Below are positions 33,115 to 43,680 of a stretch of 64,000 nucleotides of DNA, one piece after another. The translations under genes and the position numbers were made by a program. The notes under the pieces were generated by a model. The model saw only the letters and a program-made list of their open reading frames with translations, did not search any database and had not been told where the DNA came from. Origin of the DNA: Candidatus Nitrotoga sp. CP45 (GTDB taxonomy: Bacteria > Pseudomonadota > Gammaproteobacteria > Burkholderiales > Gallionellaceae); NCBI GenBank assembly GCA_945874105.1, contig CAMCFJ010000003.1:74152-138151 (forward strand). The letters run 5' to 3'. Each line of letters starts with the position of its first letter. Position 1 is the first letter of the stretch.

Positions 33115-33903
33115 CTACTCCCCTTGAAACATGAATGCGGTCAAAATAAAATCCAAAAACAAAATGGTCAACGACGACTCGACTACTGTACGCGTGGTTG
33201 CACCGGACACCCCTTCTGCGGTGGGTGGTGCATCATAGCCTTCGAACAATGCTATGGCAGTCACTGCCACTCCAAACACGAAGCTCTTAATCATGCCGTT
33301 CACGATGTCGTGCTGGAAATCCACCCCAGCCTGCATTTGCGACCAGAACGAACCTTCATCCACGCCGATCAGCACCACCCCCACCACATATCCACCAAAT
33401 ACGCCCATGGCGGAAAATAACGCCGACAGCAGCGGCATAGAGATAACCCCAGCCCAAAAACGAGGTGCCACCACGCGCGCCAACGGGTTGATTGCCATCA
33501 TCTCCATCGCGGAAATCTGTTCGGTGGCCTTCATCAAACCAATCTCTGCCGTCATCGCCGAACCAGCGCGACTCGCAAACAGCAGGGCAGCCAACACCGG
33601 CCCCAATTCGCGTACCAGGCTTAGCGCTACAAGTGATCCCAGTGCAGATTCAGCGCCGTAGCGTTTGAGTGTCTCATAGCCCTGCAACCCCAACACCATG
33701 CCGACAAACGTGCCGGCCACCAAAATTATAATAAGCGACATCACCCCACTGGAGAACAGCTCCTTGATGGTCAAGTGAAAGCGCCGGAAGCTGGTTCCGG
33801 AATAAAACAGGATCATCATGAAGAAGCGGGAGGCATATCCAATACGCCATACCGCACTCACAATACGATGTCCCAAGGACCTTAGATTTTCAACGATCAT
33901 CAT
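33115..33903 (-). CDS. mlaE: lipid asymmetry ABC transporter permease MlaE
   Basis: 262 aa polytopic membrane protein located between mlaF and mlaD. Confidence 0.85.
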   Translation of the reverse strand: MMIVENLRSLGHRIVSAVWRIGYASRFFMMILFYSGTSFRRFHLTIKELFSSGVMSLIIILVAGTFVGMVLGLQGYETLKRYGAESALGSLVALSLVRELGPVLAALLFASRAGSAMTAEIGLMKATEQISAMEMMAINPLARVVAPRFWAGVISMPLLSALFSAMGVFGGYVVGVVLIGVDEGSFWSQMQAGVDFQHDIVNGMIKSFVFGVAVTAIALFEGYDAPPTAEGVSGATTRTVVESSLTILFLDFILTAFMFQGE

Positions 33904-34709
33904 CGCTCGGGCCGCAAATTCAAATCCTGCCTATAGTCGCCGCAGGGATAATGGAAGGGAACCGGACCATCCATTTCGCCATGCACGAATTGATGCACGA
34001 ACGGCTTATCGGAAGAGCTGATTTCAGCCGGAGTCCCCTCCGCAACCACCACCCCATCGGCAATAAAATAAATATAGTCAACGATCTTGAGCGATTCCTG
34101 CACGTCATGCGTGACCACTACCGAAGTCGCGCCCAGCGCATCGTTCAGGCGACGAATCAGATTACCCACCACGGTAAGTGAGATGGGATCCAGTCCGGCA
34201 AACGGCTCGTCGTACATTATCAACATCGGATCCAGCGCCACCGTACGCGCCAGCGCCACGCGCCGCGCCATGCCACCTGAAAGCTCCGCAGGCATCAAAT
34301 TATGCGTGCCGCGCAAGCCAACCGCATGCAGCTTCATCAGCACTAAATCCCGGATGATCTCTTCCGGCAAATCAGTATGCTCACGCATCTGAAACGCCAC
34401 ATTGTCATACACGGACATATCCGTGAATAACGCCCCAAACTGGAACAGCATGCCCATCCGGCGGCGCATGTCATACAAACCTTTATGATCAAGCTCATGT
34501 ATCACCTGCCCATCTACTTTCACATAGCCGCTGCTTGGCTTGAGCGCACCACCGATAAGCTGCAGCAATGTAGTCTTGCCGCAGCCGCTGCCGCCCATAA
34601 CCGCAATCACCTTGCCCTTGGGGAAAGTGAGATTGACACCTTTTAGTATGGGGCGGCTGTCATAGGCAAAATTGACGTCGCGAATTTCGACCAGCGCTTG
34701 AGATGACAC
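33900..34709 (-). CDS. mlaF: lipid asymmetry ABC transporter ATP-binding protein MlaF
   Basis: GGSGCGKTT, LSGGMARR and MYDEPFAG motifs. Confidence 0.88.
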   Translation of the reverse strand: MSSQALVEIRDVNFAYDSRPILKGVNLTFPKGKVIAVMGGSGCGKTTLLQLIGGALKPSSGYVKVDGQVIHELDHKGLYDMRRRMGMLFQFGALFTDMSVYDNVAFQMREHTDLPEEIIRDLVLMKLHAVGLRGTHNLMPAELSGGMARRVALARTVALDPMLIMYDEPFAGLDPISLTVVGNLIRRLNDALGATSVVVTHDVQESLKIVDYIYFIADGVVVAEGTPAEISSSDKPFVHQFVHGEMDGPVPFHYPCGDYRQDLNLRPER

Positions 34710-35158
34710 GTATTAACACCTTGATTGTCCGCTAGAGGGGCATTCTAAACCATGCCATCGCTTAATCGCAACATTAGCGACTATAGATTTTGCGAGCAAC
34801 GAAGCTGTCTCGTTATTGACGGAAGGGATGGACTGTATTTTCTTAATACAGCGCTCCAGGTTCTTAGAAATTGTCATTGTCATTGGAAATCAACACGTCA
34901 GCATGAACATTCAATTAACCACGGACAGCATTCAAAAACATGGGTTGCAAGCTCAAAGGCATCTCAAAAAGTCCGCCATCCTGGTTTTCGCAGAGCCGAA
35001 AGTTAAGTAGGACGACAAGGGCGATGAACATAATCCAGATAAGAGGGGTGGTGCATCTGAGGCAACTGAATGAGGAGGTGATTGAATTGGAGCGCCACCG
35101 CGATAACGGTTTAGTTCATCGAATATTAAGCCGTTTAGCCAATTTATAAACGTTCGGT

Positions 35159-35186
35159 TTGATGAGCCAATGGAACAAGCTATAAT
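35159..35186 (+). promoter_or_regulatory. sigma-70-type promoter (TTGATG-N16-TATAAT) upstream of the OYE gene
   Basis: Hexamers and spacer were counted by hand. The promoter is bracketed by a perfect 9-bp inverted repeat, CGTTCGGTT (35151-35159) and AACCGAACG (35205-35213). Confidence 0.4.
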
Positions 35187-35221
35187 GGCCGATTCTTAGT
35201 ATCTAACCGAACGACAAACTC

Positions 35222-36577
35222 ATGACTAACGACAACAAACTCACACCTAGTGACGATAAACTCACACCTAGTACCGACACGCCTATGCCTGTTGTCGCTA
35301 AGCCATCGTCTAAAAAAGACATCCCCATGATTCCGATGGAAGACTGGGATATTGATGACAATCCTCCCCTGGTTCCCGCTTATCCCGATGTTCCCAAGGC
35401 TCTCAATGAGAACCCCAATCCGATCGCTGACCCCAGAAATTATCCCAAGAAAAAGCCGGTCAAGCGTGAAACCAGCCCTTCCGGGTGGACGGATATGTCA
35501 CATATTCTGCCGCCGGAAATACACCCCTTGTATAGAAAAGGGTGGCTCGGCGCGCTTGAGCTGAATAATCGCGTTGTTATGGCGCCAATGACCCGCAGCC
35601 GGGCGGGGATAGGCAACGTGCCGAATGCGATGAATGCGATGTACTACTCTCAACGCAGTTGTGCTGGCCTGATGATTTCCGAGCCCACTCAAGTTTCTGC
35701 CCAAGGAATTGGTTATCCGGGTACACCGGGCATATCCACCCGCGAACAAATAGACGGCTGGAAATTGGTGACTGCCCACGTTCGCAGAACGGGGGGCAAG
35801 CTTTTTATGAACCTATCACATGTTGGCCGAATCTCGCATCCATCATTGCAGCCATTCCAGAGTTTGCCAGTCGCACCCTCTGCTATTCAACCGGCAGGGG
35901 AGGTTTTCACACCACAAGGTATGGTGTCTTACGTTGCACCCCGTGCGCTTGAAGTTGCCGAGATGGCGGGCATTGTCGAGCAATACAGGCAAGCTGCGCT
36001 TAATGCCGAGGAAGCATGGCTGGACGGCATAGAAATTGATGCCGCGAATGGATATCTGCTCGACCAGTTTTTGCGGGATAGCACGAATCAACGGACGGAT
36101 GAGTACGGTGGCTCAATCGAGAATCGCTGTCGCTTGCTGTTTGAAGTAATTCAGGCGGTATGCAGTGTGTATCCATCGCAAAAAGTCGGCGTCCGTCTGT
36201 CTCCAGTCAATCCGTTAAACGACATTTCCGACTCAACACCGCAAGAGACCTTCGAATACGTCGCCGAACATTTGAATCGTTTCAATCTGGCTTATATACA
36301 TGTAGTCGAGGAACATCCTTCAACATTCGATTTTAAGCGCTTACGCACCTTATTCAGGGGCAAATACATAGCAAATGGCGGTTACGATGCGGCACGTGCC
36401 GAGGCAGCGATTGTTGAAAAGACCGCTGACTTCGTATCATTTGGCGCGCTCTTTATTTCCAACCCGGATTTACTATTGCGGTTGCGGGAACGCAGAGATT
36501 ACAACCCAGCAGATACGGCAACGTTCTATGGCGGCGATGCCGCTGGCTATATCGATTATCCATCGTTGCCATTTTAG
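35222..36577 (+). CDS. Old Yellow Enzyme-family NADH:flavin oxidoreductase with N-terminal Pro/Asp-rich extension
   Basis: The OYE core runs from about residue 100 (LNNRVVMAPMTRSRA, ISEPTQVSAQGIGYPGTPGI, HVGRISHP, NQRTDEYGGSIENRCRLLFEV). An alternative start at ATG 35495 (GGTGGA 5 nt upstream) would give a canonical 361-aa enzyme. Confidence 0.8.
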   Translation: MTNDNKLTPSDDKLTPSTDTPMPVVAKPSSKKDIPMIPMEDWDIDDNPPLVPAYPDVPKALNENPNPIADPRNYPKKKPVKRETSPSGWTDMSHILPPEIHPLYRKGWLGALELNNRVVMAPMTRSRAGIGNVPNAMNAMYYSQRSCAGLMISEPTQVSAQGIGYPGTPGISTREQIDGWKLVTAHVRRTGGKLFMNLSHVGRISHPSLQPFQSLPVAPSAIQPAGEVFTPQGMVSYVAPRALEVAEMAGIVEQYRQAALNAEEAWLDGIEIDAANGYLLDQFLRDSTNQRTDEYGGSIENRCRLLFEVIQAVCSVYPSQKVGVRLSPVNPLNDISDSTPQETFEYVAEHLNRFNLAYIHVVEEHPSTFDFKRLRTLFRGKYIANGGYDAARAEAAIVEKTADFVSFGALFISNPDLLLRLRERRDYNPADTATFYGGDAAGYIDYPSLPF

Positions 36578-36649
36578 TATCACGGTAATAACGCGCCCCG
36601 CCGCAAGCAGCGGGGTATTGAGCTTATGGGTTATATCTTTCGCAGAGAT

Positions 36650-37813
36650 TTATAGCCCGGCGTCAGCGCGCAGGGCAGATGCCTTGTCTGTTGCTTCCCA
36701 GGTAAACTCTGGTTCTTCGCGGCCAAAGTGGCCGTAGGCAGCAGTGCTGGTATAAATTGGGCGCAATAGCTCGAGCATTTGCACAATGCCTTTTGGCCGC
36801 AAGTCGAAATGTTTCTTAACCAACTCCGCAATCTTTTCATCGGGAATTTTGCCAGTGCCATAACTGGTGACCCACACACTGGTGGGTAAAGCCACGCCAA
36901 TCGCGTAAGAAATCTGGATCAGGCACTTGCTGGCCAAGCCAGCAGCTACGATGTTCTTGGCGATATAACGGCCAGCGTAGGCCGCAGAACGGTCTACCTT
37001 GGATGGATCCTTGCCGGAAAATGCACCGCCTCCATGCGGAGCTGAACCACCATAGGTGTCCACAATAATCTTGCGCCCGGTCAGGCCGCAATCGCCTTGC
37101 GGGCCACCGATAACGAAACGGCCAGTGGGATTTACCAAATACTTGATGTCGCCTTTGATAAACTCCTGTGGTAGCACAGGCTTGATAATGTCTTCAATGA
37201 CGGCTTCACGAATGGTCTCCAGCAACATCTCGGGGGCGTGCTGAGTAGATAACAATACCGTGTCGATGGAATGTGGTTTGCCATCCACATAACGGATGGT
37301 GACTTGCGATTTAGCATCCGGACGCAGCCAATTAAGGCGACCATCGCGGCGCAGTTGCGACTGACGCTCGACCACGCGGTGCGCCAAATAAATCGGCAGC
37401 GGCATCAACGTGGGTGTTTCATCGCAGGCATAGCCGAACATCAGGCCTTGATCGCCTGCACCCTGATCCATGTACTCATGAGATGAGCGATCAACGCCTT
37501 GAGCGATGTCCGGACTTTGCTTGTCATAAGCAACAAGCACGGCACAACCTTTGTAGTCTATGCCATATTCGGTATTATCATAGCCGATGCGCTTGATGCA
37601 ATCGCGTGCCACTTTGATATAGTCCACATTAGCGCTGGTGGTTATTTCACCGGCAAGCACCACGAGGCCAGTGTTCACTAATGTCTCGGCGGCTACTCGC
37701 GCATAGGGGTCTTGCGCTAGAATAGCGTCCAGAATGGAATCGGAAATTTGATCCGCAACTTTGTCGGGATGACCCTCAGATACTGATTCGGATGTAAACA
37801 GAAATTCACTCAT
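36650..37813 (-). CDS. metK: S-adenosylmethionine synthetase
   Basis: [25 protein letters not shown] and GGGAFSGKD motifs. I chose the start at ATG 37813. The ORF is open to 37846. Confidence 0.93.
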   Translation of the reverse strand: MSEFLFTSESVSEGHPDKVADQISDSILDAILAQDPYARVAAETLVNTGLVVLAGEITTSANVDYIKVARDCIKRIGYDNTEYGIDYKGCAVLVAYDKQSPDIAQGVDRSSHEYMDQGAGDQGLMFGYACDETPTLMPLPIYLAHRVVERQSQLRRDGRLNWLRPDAKSQVTIRYVDGKPHSIDTVLLSTQHAPEMLLETIREAVIEDIIKPVLPQEFIKGDIKYLVNPTGRFVIGGPQGDCGLTGRKIIVDTYGGSAPHGGGAFSGKDPSKVDRSAAYAGRYIAKNIVAAGLASKCLIQISYAIGVALPTSVWVTSYGTGKIPDEKIAELVKKHFDLRPKGIVQMLELLRPIYTSTAAYGHFGREEPEFTWEATDKASALRADAGL

Positions 37814-37881
37814 GGCGCTCCGCGATAGGGTTAGTTGACAAAACAATTCATTATAGCAATAACTCGGTTGTAACTACCCCC

Positions 37882-38766
37882 ATGATATCTTCCCTAGTAG
37901 CCTGGTTATTCAATTTGGCAGCGCGCTTGCCGCTACGTGTGTTACACCGTCTAGGCGCCGTAGTGGGAACATTGACTTATCGTCTGTCCGGCAAGTATGC
38001 CGAACGGATGCGCGAAAATCTCGGTTATGCCTTGAAAGAACATCCCGAAGCAGATTTTAACAATGTGCTAAACGCCAGCATAGTTGAAGCAGGCAAGGGA
38101 GCGGTCGAGCTGATGTGGGTTTGGTGCCGACCTCTAGTAGAGGTGACCGCCAGCGTCAAAGCATGCTACGGCTGGGAGCATATCGAGGCGGCACGTGCGC
38201 GTGGCAAGGGGATAATATTTTTAACGCCTCACTTGGGGTGTTTCGATGTGTCAGCCTTATATGTTGCCGAGCACATGCCACTCACCGTGCTGTATCGCCC
38301 ACCCAAGTTAACTTGGCTGGAACGTGTAATGCGCAGCGGTCGCGAGCGAGCCCAAGTGCAGCTAGCGCGTACCGATGTGGGCGGGGTGCGCCAGATGTAT
38401 AAAGCACTCAAGCGGGCTGAAGCAATAGGGCTTTTGCCAGACCAGGTGCCCGGCAATGGAGAGGGTGAATGGGCGGATTTCTTCGGGCGACCAGCCTACA
38501 CCATGACGCTGATTGGCCGCCTGGTGAAATCCAGCGGCGCATCGGTTGTAATGACATCCGTCGAACGATTAGCACATGGGTCAGGATATATCCTGCGCTT
38601 CACTCCGCTGGAATTCGTTGTTGATTTGCCCATAAGCAGACAGGTTAATGCAGCGCTTGAAAAATGGGTGCTCATGAATCCTGCGCAATATCTGTGGAGT
38701 TACAATCGTTACAAGATTCCAGCAGGCATTAAGCCCGCCACCAAACAAGAAGACCGGCCAACATGA
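37882..38766 (+). CDS. lpxL: lipid A biosynthesis late acyltransferase (LpxL/HtrB family)
   Basis: 294 aa with the PHLGCFD HX4D-type acyltransferase motif and the C-terminal block NPAQYLWSYNRYK. Confidence 0.8.
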   Translation: MISSLVAWLFNLAARLPLRVLHRLGAVVGTLTYRLSGKYAERMRENLGYALKEHPEADFNNVLNASIVEAGKGAVELMWVWCRPLVEVTASVKACYGWEHIEAARARGKGIIFLTPHLGCFDVSALYVAEHMPLTVLYRPPKLTWLERVMRSGRERAQVQLARTDVGGVRQMYKALKRAEAIGLLPDQVPGNGEGEWADFFGRPAYTMTLIGRLVKSSGASVVMTSVERLAHGSGYILRFTPLEFVVDLPISRQVNAALEKWVLMNPAQYLWSYNRYKIPAGIKPATKQEDRPT

Positions 38767-39635
38767 TGGTGCGTTTTGGTATTTTTCTGCTGTGGCTGCT
38801 GCATTTCCTTCCATACCGACTGCAAGCGTGGATTGGTAATGTCCTGGGAATGCTGCTTTATCTGATTTCAGCCAGGCGGCGTCGCGTGGCCAGCATCAAT
38901 TTGCGTTTATGTTTCCCCGAATTGAGCGAGGCACGGCGGTCGCGGTTAGTGCGACAAAATTTTATCGCCTTCGGACGCAGCATTGTGGAACGGGGTATTT
39001 TATGGTGGGGCAGCCGCGAGCGCATCCAGAAGTTGATACGGGTTGAAGGCGCAGAGCATTTTCACAATGCACTTGGCAGTCCAGTGATTTTGCTGACAGC
39101 TCATTTTGTCGCTCTGGATGTCGGTGGATCCTGGATTACCCAGCATACTGATGGGGTTAGCGTGTACTCCAGACAAAAGAATACTTACATGCAAAACTTG
39201 GTGTTGCAGAAACGCGCGCGTTTTGGCAAACAATCGTTATATGCGCGACAAGCGGGGATGCGCCCGGTAATAAAATCCTTACGCGAATGCCGGCCATTTT
39301 ATTATTTTACCGATCAAGATTGGACTACCAAGGATGGTGTGTTCGTTCCATTCTTTGGCATACCCGCAGCTACGTTGGCGACTTTACCTCGCCTGGTAAC
39401 CATGACGAACGCAAAGGTTGTACCGTGTATCACGCGTGTATTGCCGAATTACAAGGGGTATGAGGTACATTTCTATCCAGCGTGGGAAAACTATCCTACC
39501 CATGATTTGATAGCTGATACCCGCCGCATCAACGAATTCATAGAACAGCGCGTGCGGGAAATGCCGGAACAATATTTTTGGCTGCACAGACGATTTAAAA
39601 CTCGGCCCGAGGGCGAAGAAAGTTTTTACAAATGA
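38763..39635 (+). CDS. second lipid A late acyltransferase (LpxL/LpxM family paralogue)
   Basis: 290 aa with AHFVALD and [13 protein letters not shown] motifs. Its start overlaps the first paralogue by 4 nt. Confidence 0.78.
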   Translation: MMVRFGIFLLWLLHFLPYRLQAWIGNVLGMLLYLISARRRRVASINLRLCFPELSEARRSRLVRQNFIAFGRSIVERGILWWGSRERIQKLIRVEGAEHFHNALGSPVILLTAHFVALDVGGSWITQHTDGVSVYSRQKNTYMQNLVLQKRARFGKQSLYARQAGMRPVIKSLRECRPFYYFTDQDWTTKDGVFVPFFGIPAATLATLPRLVTMTNAKVVPCITRVLPNYKGYEVHFYPAWENYPTHDLIADTRRINEFIEQRVREMPEQYFWLHRRFKTRPEGEESFYK

Positions 39636-41095
39636 AATATCGTGACCTGCGCGACTTTATCTCGCAACTAGAAAAGCTTGGTGAACTCAAGCGCGTGATT
39701 ACGCCAGTTTCTCCCAATTTGGATATGACGGAAATCTGCGACCGCGTTTTGCACGCACAAGGCCCTGCTGTGCTGTTTGAAAATCCTGCAGGACACAATA
39801 TGCCGGTTCTGGCGAACTTGTTTGGCACGCCGCACCGCGTGGCATTGGGCATGGGCGAGGAAAACGTATCGGCATTACGCCAAGTGGGAAAATTGCTGGC
39901 TTACCTGAAAGAACCCGAACCGCCCAAAGGGTTGAGGGATGCCTGGGACAAGTGGCCGGTATTGAAGCAGGTGTTGAATATGACGCCAAAGGTGGTTTCG
40001 AGCGCTGCCTGTCAGGAAGTAGTATGGGAAGGCAGCGAAGTAGACTTGAGCAGGCTGCCCATACAAACTTGCTGGCCGGGGGATGTAGCACCACTTATTA
40101 GTTGGGGGCTGGTGGTTACGCGCGGCCCTAACAAGCCGCGCCAGAATCTTGGCATTTACCGCCAGCAGGTGATCGCGCCCAACAAAGTCATTATGCGCTG
40201 GCTGGCGCATCGCGGCGGAGCGCTGGATTATCAGGAGTGGTGCAAAGCGTACCCGGGCCAGCCGTTCCCACTGGCAGTGGTGATCGGTGCTGACCCGGCT
40301 ACCATTTTGGGCGCGGTCACGCCGGTGCCGGACAGCCTGTCTGAATATCAATTTGCCGGCTTGTTGCGTGGATCGAAAACAGAGCTGGTTAAATGTATTG
40401 GTAGCGATTTGCACGTGCCAGCCAGCGCCGAGATCGTGCTGGAGGGATTGATTCACCCAAATGAAATCGCGTTGGAAGGCCCATTTGGTGACCATACCGG
40501 TTATTACAATGAGCAGGAAAAATTTCCGGTATTCACCATTGAGCGCATTACCATGCGCCACAATCCCATTTATCACTCCACCTATACCGGCAAACCGCCC
40601 GATGAGCCAGCCATTTTGGGCGTGGCGCTGAACGAAGTGTTCGTGCCACTTCTGCAGAAGCAATTTCCCGAGATTTCGGATTTCTACCTGCCGCCGGAAG
40701 GCTGTTCTTATCGTTTGGCGATTGTATCCATGAAGAAACAGTACCCGGGACATGCCAAACGCGTGATGTTCGGCATCTGGTCCTATCTGCGCCAGTTCAT
40801 GTACACCAAGTTCATCATCGTGGTGGATGACGACATCGATATCCGTAAATGGCAGGAAGTAATCTGGGCGATCACCACTCGCGTCGATCCCACACGCGAC
40901 ACACTGCTGGTGGACAACACGCCCATTGATTATCTGGACTTCGCTAGCCCGGTATCCGGCTTAGGCAGCAAGATGGGACTGGATGCGACCAACAAATGGC
41001 CGGGTGAAACGCAACGCGAGTGGGGCACGCCAATTGCGATGGACGACGTGACCAAACGCCGTGTAGATGCAATGTGGGCGGAACTTGGCTTGTAG
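39632..41095 (+). CDS. ubiD: 4-hydroxy-3-polyprenylbenzoate decarboxylase UbiD
   Basis: 487 aa beginning [22 protein letters not shown], colinear with UbiD throughout. Confidence 0.92.
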   Translation: MKYRDLRDFISQLEKLGELKRVITPVSPNLDMTEICDRVLHAQGPAVLFENPAGHNMPVLANLFGTPHRVALGMGEENVSALRQVGKLLAYLKEPEPPKGLRDAWDKWPVLKQVLNMTPKVVSSAACQEVVWEGSEVDLSRLPIQTCWPGDVAPLISWGLVVTRGPNKPRQNLGIYRQQVIAPNKVIMRWLAHRGGALDYQEWCKAYPGQPFPLAVVIGADPATILGAVTPVPDSLSEYQFAGLLRGSKTELVKCIGSDLHVPASAEIVLEGLIHPNEIALEGPFGDHTGYYNEQEKFPVFTIERITMRHNPIYHSTYTGKPPDEPAILGVALNEVFVPLLQKQFPEISDFYLPPEGCSYRLAIVSMKKQYPGHAKRVMFGIWSYLRQFMYTKFIIVVDDDIDIRKWQEVIWAITTRVDPTRDTLLVDNTPIDYLDFASPVSGLGSKMGLDATNKWPGETQREWGTPIAMDDVTKRRVDAMWAELGL

Positions 41096-41108
41096 TTGTC
41101 CGTGTTAA

Positions 41109-41249
41109 GGGCGCCTCTAAAAATTCAAGTTTTTAGGCAAGACAAGGCACGAGTAAAAAATTTGAGCGCGGCATATAGTTGATATGTAAGCGATAATTTT
41201 TTTCGAGTAACGCCGTATTGTGACAAAAATTGGATTTTTAGAGGTGTCC
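41109..41249. repeat. 141-bp MITE-like repeat, copy B (inverted relative to copy A)
   Basis: See copy A. TTAA lies on both sides (41105-41108 and 41250-41253). It fills almost the whole convergent spacer between the ubiD stop and the MDR oxidoreductase stop. Confidence 0.85.
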
Positions 41250-42251
41250 TTAATCCATTACCAGCACAACCTTGCCGGTAATGCCGCCTTGTTCAATGAG
41301 ACGGTGTGCTTGGGCAGCATCTTTCAATGGCAGCATCCTGTTCACCAGCACGCCAAGCTTACCTGCTTCAATTAGCTGTGCGCCCTGTTCCAATATTTTG
41401 CGCTGGCGGATACGCTCGTCATGCAAATGCATCACTTGCGGCGTGAGCATCAGTTCGTAGCACAGCGACAGATTGCGCAATCGCGCCAGTTTGGTATCAG
41501 CCAATGACAGTGGGGTGGTCAACAGGCTGACCACTTTGCCGCCAATGCGCGCCACATTGAGCGAGCGCAGGAAAACCTCGCCACCTACCGTGTCAAATAC
41601 CACGTCTACGCCCTTATCAGCGGTCCAGACAAGCACTTCCCGCACAAAATCCTGCTCACGGTAATTAATGATTTTTTCTGCACCGAGCCCCTGCACCAGT
41701 CCGGCTTTCTTGTCATCGCTTACCGTTACCGCGACATGCGCACCCAGATGGTGGGCTAATTGCACGGCGATATGACCGACACCCCCAGCCGCAGCATGGA
41801 TGAGGATAGTTTGGTTGGCTTGCAGATTAACGCGTTCGACTAGCGCCTCCCACACGGTGATCAGCACCAGTGGCAACGCGGCACTTTCATGCAGGCTGAG
41901 GTTGGCTGGTTTGAACGCGCAGTAGTCTTCATGCACGTTGGTGTATTCGGCATAGCAGCCGGGCTCGTCGCCAATACCACCGCTGCAGAAATAGACCGCA
42001 TCACCGACTGTAAAACGCGTCACGGCCGTGCCGATGGCATCGACGATACCGGCACCATCGCAGCCCAGGATGGCGGGAAGTTTGTCGGGGTAATAGGCTG
42101 GCTTGGTGCGCAGCTTGGTATCCAGCGGATTGATGCCCGCGGCGGCCAGCTTGACCCGTACATGGTGTTGTGAGGGTAGTTCGGGTAGGGGGATTTCACA
42201 TAGCTGCAGCACATCGGGGCTGCCAGCTGTGGTCATTAAAATTGCTTTCAT
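41250..42251 (-). CDS. zinc-type alcohol dehydrogenase / quinone oxidoreductase (MDR superfamily)
   Basis: 333 aa with a GroES-like N-terminus and the Rossmann motif AAAGGVGHIAVQLA. Confidence 0.8.
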   Translation of the reverse strand: MKAILMTTAGSPDVLQLCEIPLPELPSQHHVRVKLAAAGINPLDTKLRTKPAYYPDKLPAILGCDGAGIVDAIGTAVTRFTVGDAVYFCSGGIGDEPGCYAEYTNVHEDYCAFKPANLSLHESAALPLVLITVWEALVERVNLQANQTILIHAAAGGVGHIAVQLAHHLGAHVAVTVSDDKKAGLVQGLGAEKIINYREQDFVREVLVWTADKGVDVVFDTVGGEVFLRSLNVARIGGKVVSLLTTPLSLADTKLARLRNLSLCYELMLTPQVMHLHDERIRQRKILEQGAQLIEAGKLGVLVNRMLPLKDAAQAHRLIEQGGITGKVVLVMD

Positions 42252-42412
42252 TTACTTAACCGGGAATGGATGGTTGGCGGGGCAATCGGATCGATGCCGC
42301 AAATGCCCGAAAGTCTCTCAAAAAAGCTCATCGAACATCAACTGCCTGGTTGGAGCGACTTGAGAGAGTTTTGGTATGTTAAACTCGCTTCATAAATTTA
42401 GCGAGTTTAGCC

Positions 42413-43513
42413 ATGTCTGGAAATACAATTGGTACTTTATTCTGCGTTACATCTTTCGGCGAATCGCATGGTGCTGCCATCGGTTGCGTGGTGGATGGTT
42501 GCCCGCCTGGGATGGCGTTGAGCACAGCCGACATTCAACGCGAACTGGATCGCCGTAAACCCGGCACTTCGCGCCATGTCACCCAACGGCGCGAGACAGA
42601 CACGGTAGAAATTTTATCCGGCATCTTTGAAGGCAAGACCACCGGCACGCCGATTGCGTTGTTGATCCGCAATGAAGACCAACGTAGCAAAGACTACGGC
42701 AACATCGCCGAAAGCTTTCGTCCCGGCCATGCCGACTACACTTATTGGCAGAAATACGGTATCCGCGACCATCGCGGTGGCGGTCGAGCGTCGGCACGCG
42801 AGACCGCCGTGCGAGTAGCAGCTGGAGCGATTGCGAAAAAATGGCTGAACGAGCGTTATGGTGTTGTGATACGTGGCTATTTATCGCAATTGGGTGAAGT
42901 GGTGGTGCCATTCAAGAGCTGGGATGACGTCAACTGCAATCCCTTCTTTGTCGCCGATGACAGCTATGTTGAGCAACTGGAAGCGTACATGGATGCGTTG
43001 CGCAAATCCGGCGACTCCATCGGTGCAAAGCTTACTGTCGTTGCCGAACATACGCCCGTAGGCTGGGGCGAGCCGGTGTATGACCGTCTCGATGCCGACA
43101 TTGGCTACGCCATGATGAGCATTAATGCTGTAAAAGGAGTAGAGATTGGTGCCGGCTTTGCTTCAGTTACGCAGAAGGGCAGTGAGCATGGCGACGAAAT
43201 CACTCCACAAGGTTTTTTATCCAACAACGCTGGCGGCATACTGGGAGGCATTTCAACGGGGCAGGATATTGTGGCGCATATCGCCATAAAACCCACTTCC
43301 AGCATCCGCCTTCCGCGCCGCTCCATCAATATAGCGGGTGAACCAACGCTAGTGGAAACCCATGGTCGGCATGACCCGTGCGTAGGTATTCGCGCCACAC
43401 CCATCGCCGAGGCCATGCTGGCCTTGGTACTGATCGACCATGCTCTGCGCCACCGGGCTCAGAACGCAGACGTGGTATGCACCACACCGAAAATTCCGGG
43501 CAAGATCGACTAG
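42413..43513 (+). CDS. aroC: chorismate synthase
   Basis: Begins [20 protein letters not shown], with RPGHADYTY and GRHDPCV motifs. Confidence 0.93.
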   Translation: MSGNTIGTLFCVTSFGESHGAAIGCVVDGCPPGMALSTADIQRELDRRKPGTSRHVTQRRETDTVEILSGIFEGKTTGTPIALLIRNEDQRSKDYGNIAESFRPGHADYTYWQKYGIRDHRGGGRASARETAVRVAAGAIAKKWLNERYGVVIRGYLSQLGEVVVPFKSWDDVNCNPFFVADDSYVEQLEAYMDALRKSGDSIGAKLTVVAEHTPVGWGEPVYDRLDADIGYAMMSINAVKGVEIGAGFASVTQKGSEHGDEITPQGFLSNNAGGILGGISTGQDIVAHIAIKPTSSIRLPRRSINIAGEPTLVETHGRHDPCVGIRATPIAEAMLALVLIDHALRHRAQNADVVCTTPKIPGKID

Positions 43514-43664
43514 TTTTTTGGTATTCCGTAAAAACTTACTGATGCTTGTTCCAATTAGTTGCGTCCGAATGCCACTTTCAATCTCACCATGTCTTTGATT
43601 ATGAATGGCTTGCCACGTTGCATCGAGAATAACCCAGAGGCATCTTCATAAATTCAGCAATAAT

Positions 43665-43680
43665 TGTTTCACGTGGAACA
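43665..43680. promoter_or_regulatory. parS centromere-like site (TGTTTCACGTGGAACA, 15/16 to consensus)
   Basis: Compared with the canonical parS TGTTTCACGTGAAACA. It is embedded in a 28-bp palindrome, AATAATTGTTTCACGTGGAACAATTATT, upstream of mnmG. Confidence 0.75.

Noticed and set aside
34940-35149. 69-aa ORF, with an internal 41-aa ORF from ATG 35024, in the mlaF-OYE gap.
   Set aside because: There is no convincing ribosome-binding site, no recognisable family, and the composition is compatible with random sequence. I kept it only as part of the non-coding-gap observation.
39875-40753. 292-aa ORF antisense to ubiD. Similar long antisense or off-frame ORFs occur inside atpF (49584-50033), atpA (51699-52175), glmU (55271-55741), gap (8320-8832), pyk (6031-6609) and murA (29056-29538).
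   Set aside because: Each lies entirely within a confidently identified conserved gene on the other strand or frame. Their translations are low-complexity and Arg/Ala/Ser-rich with no recognisable motifs, which is typical of shadow ORFs.
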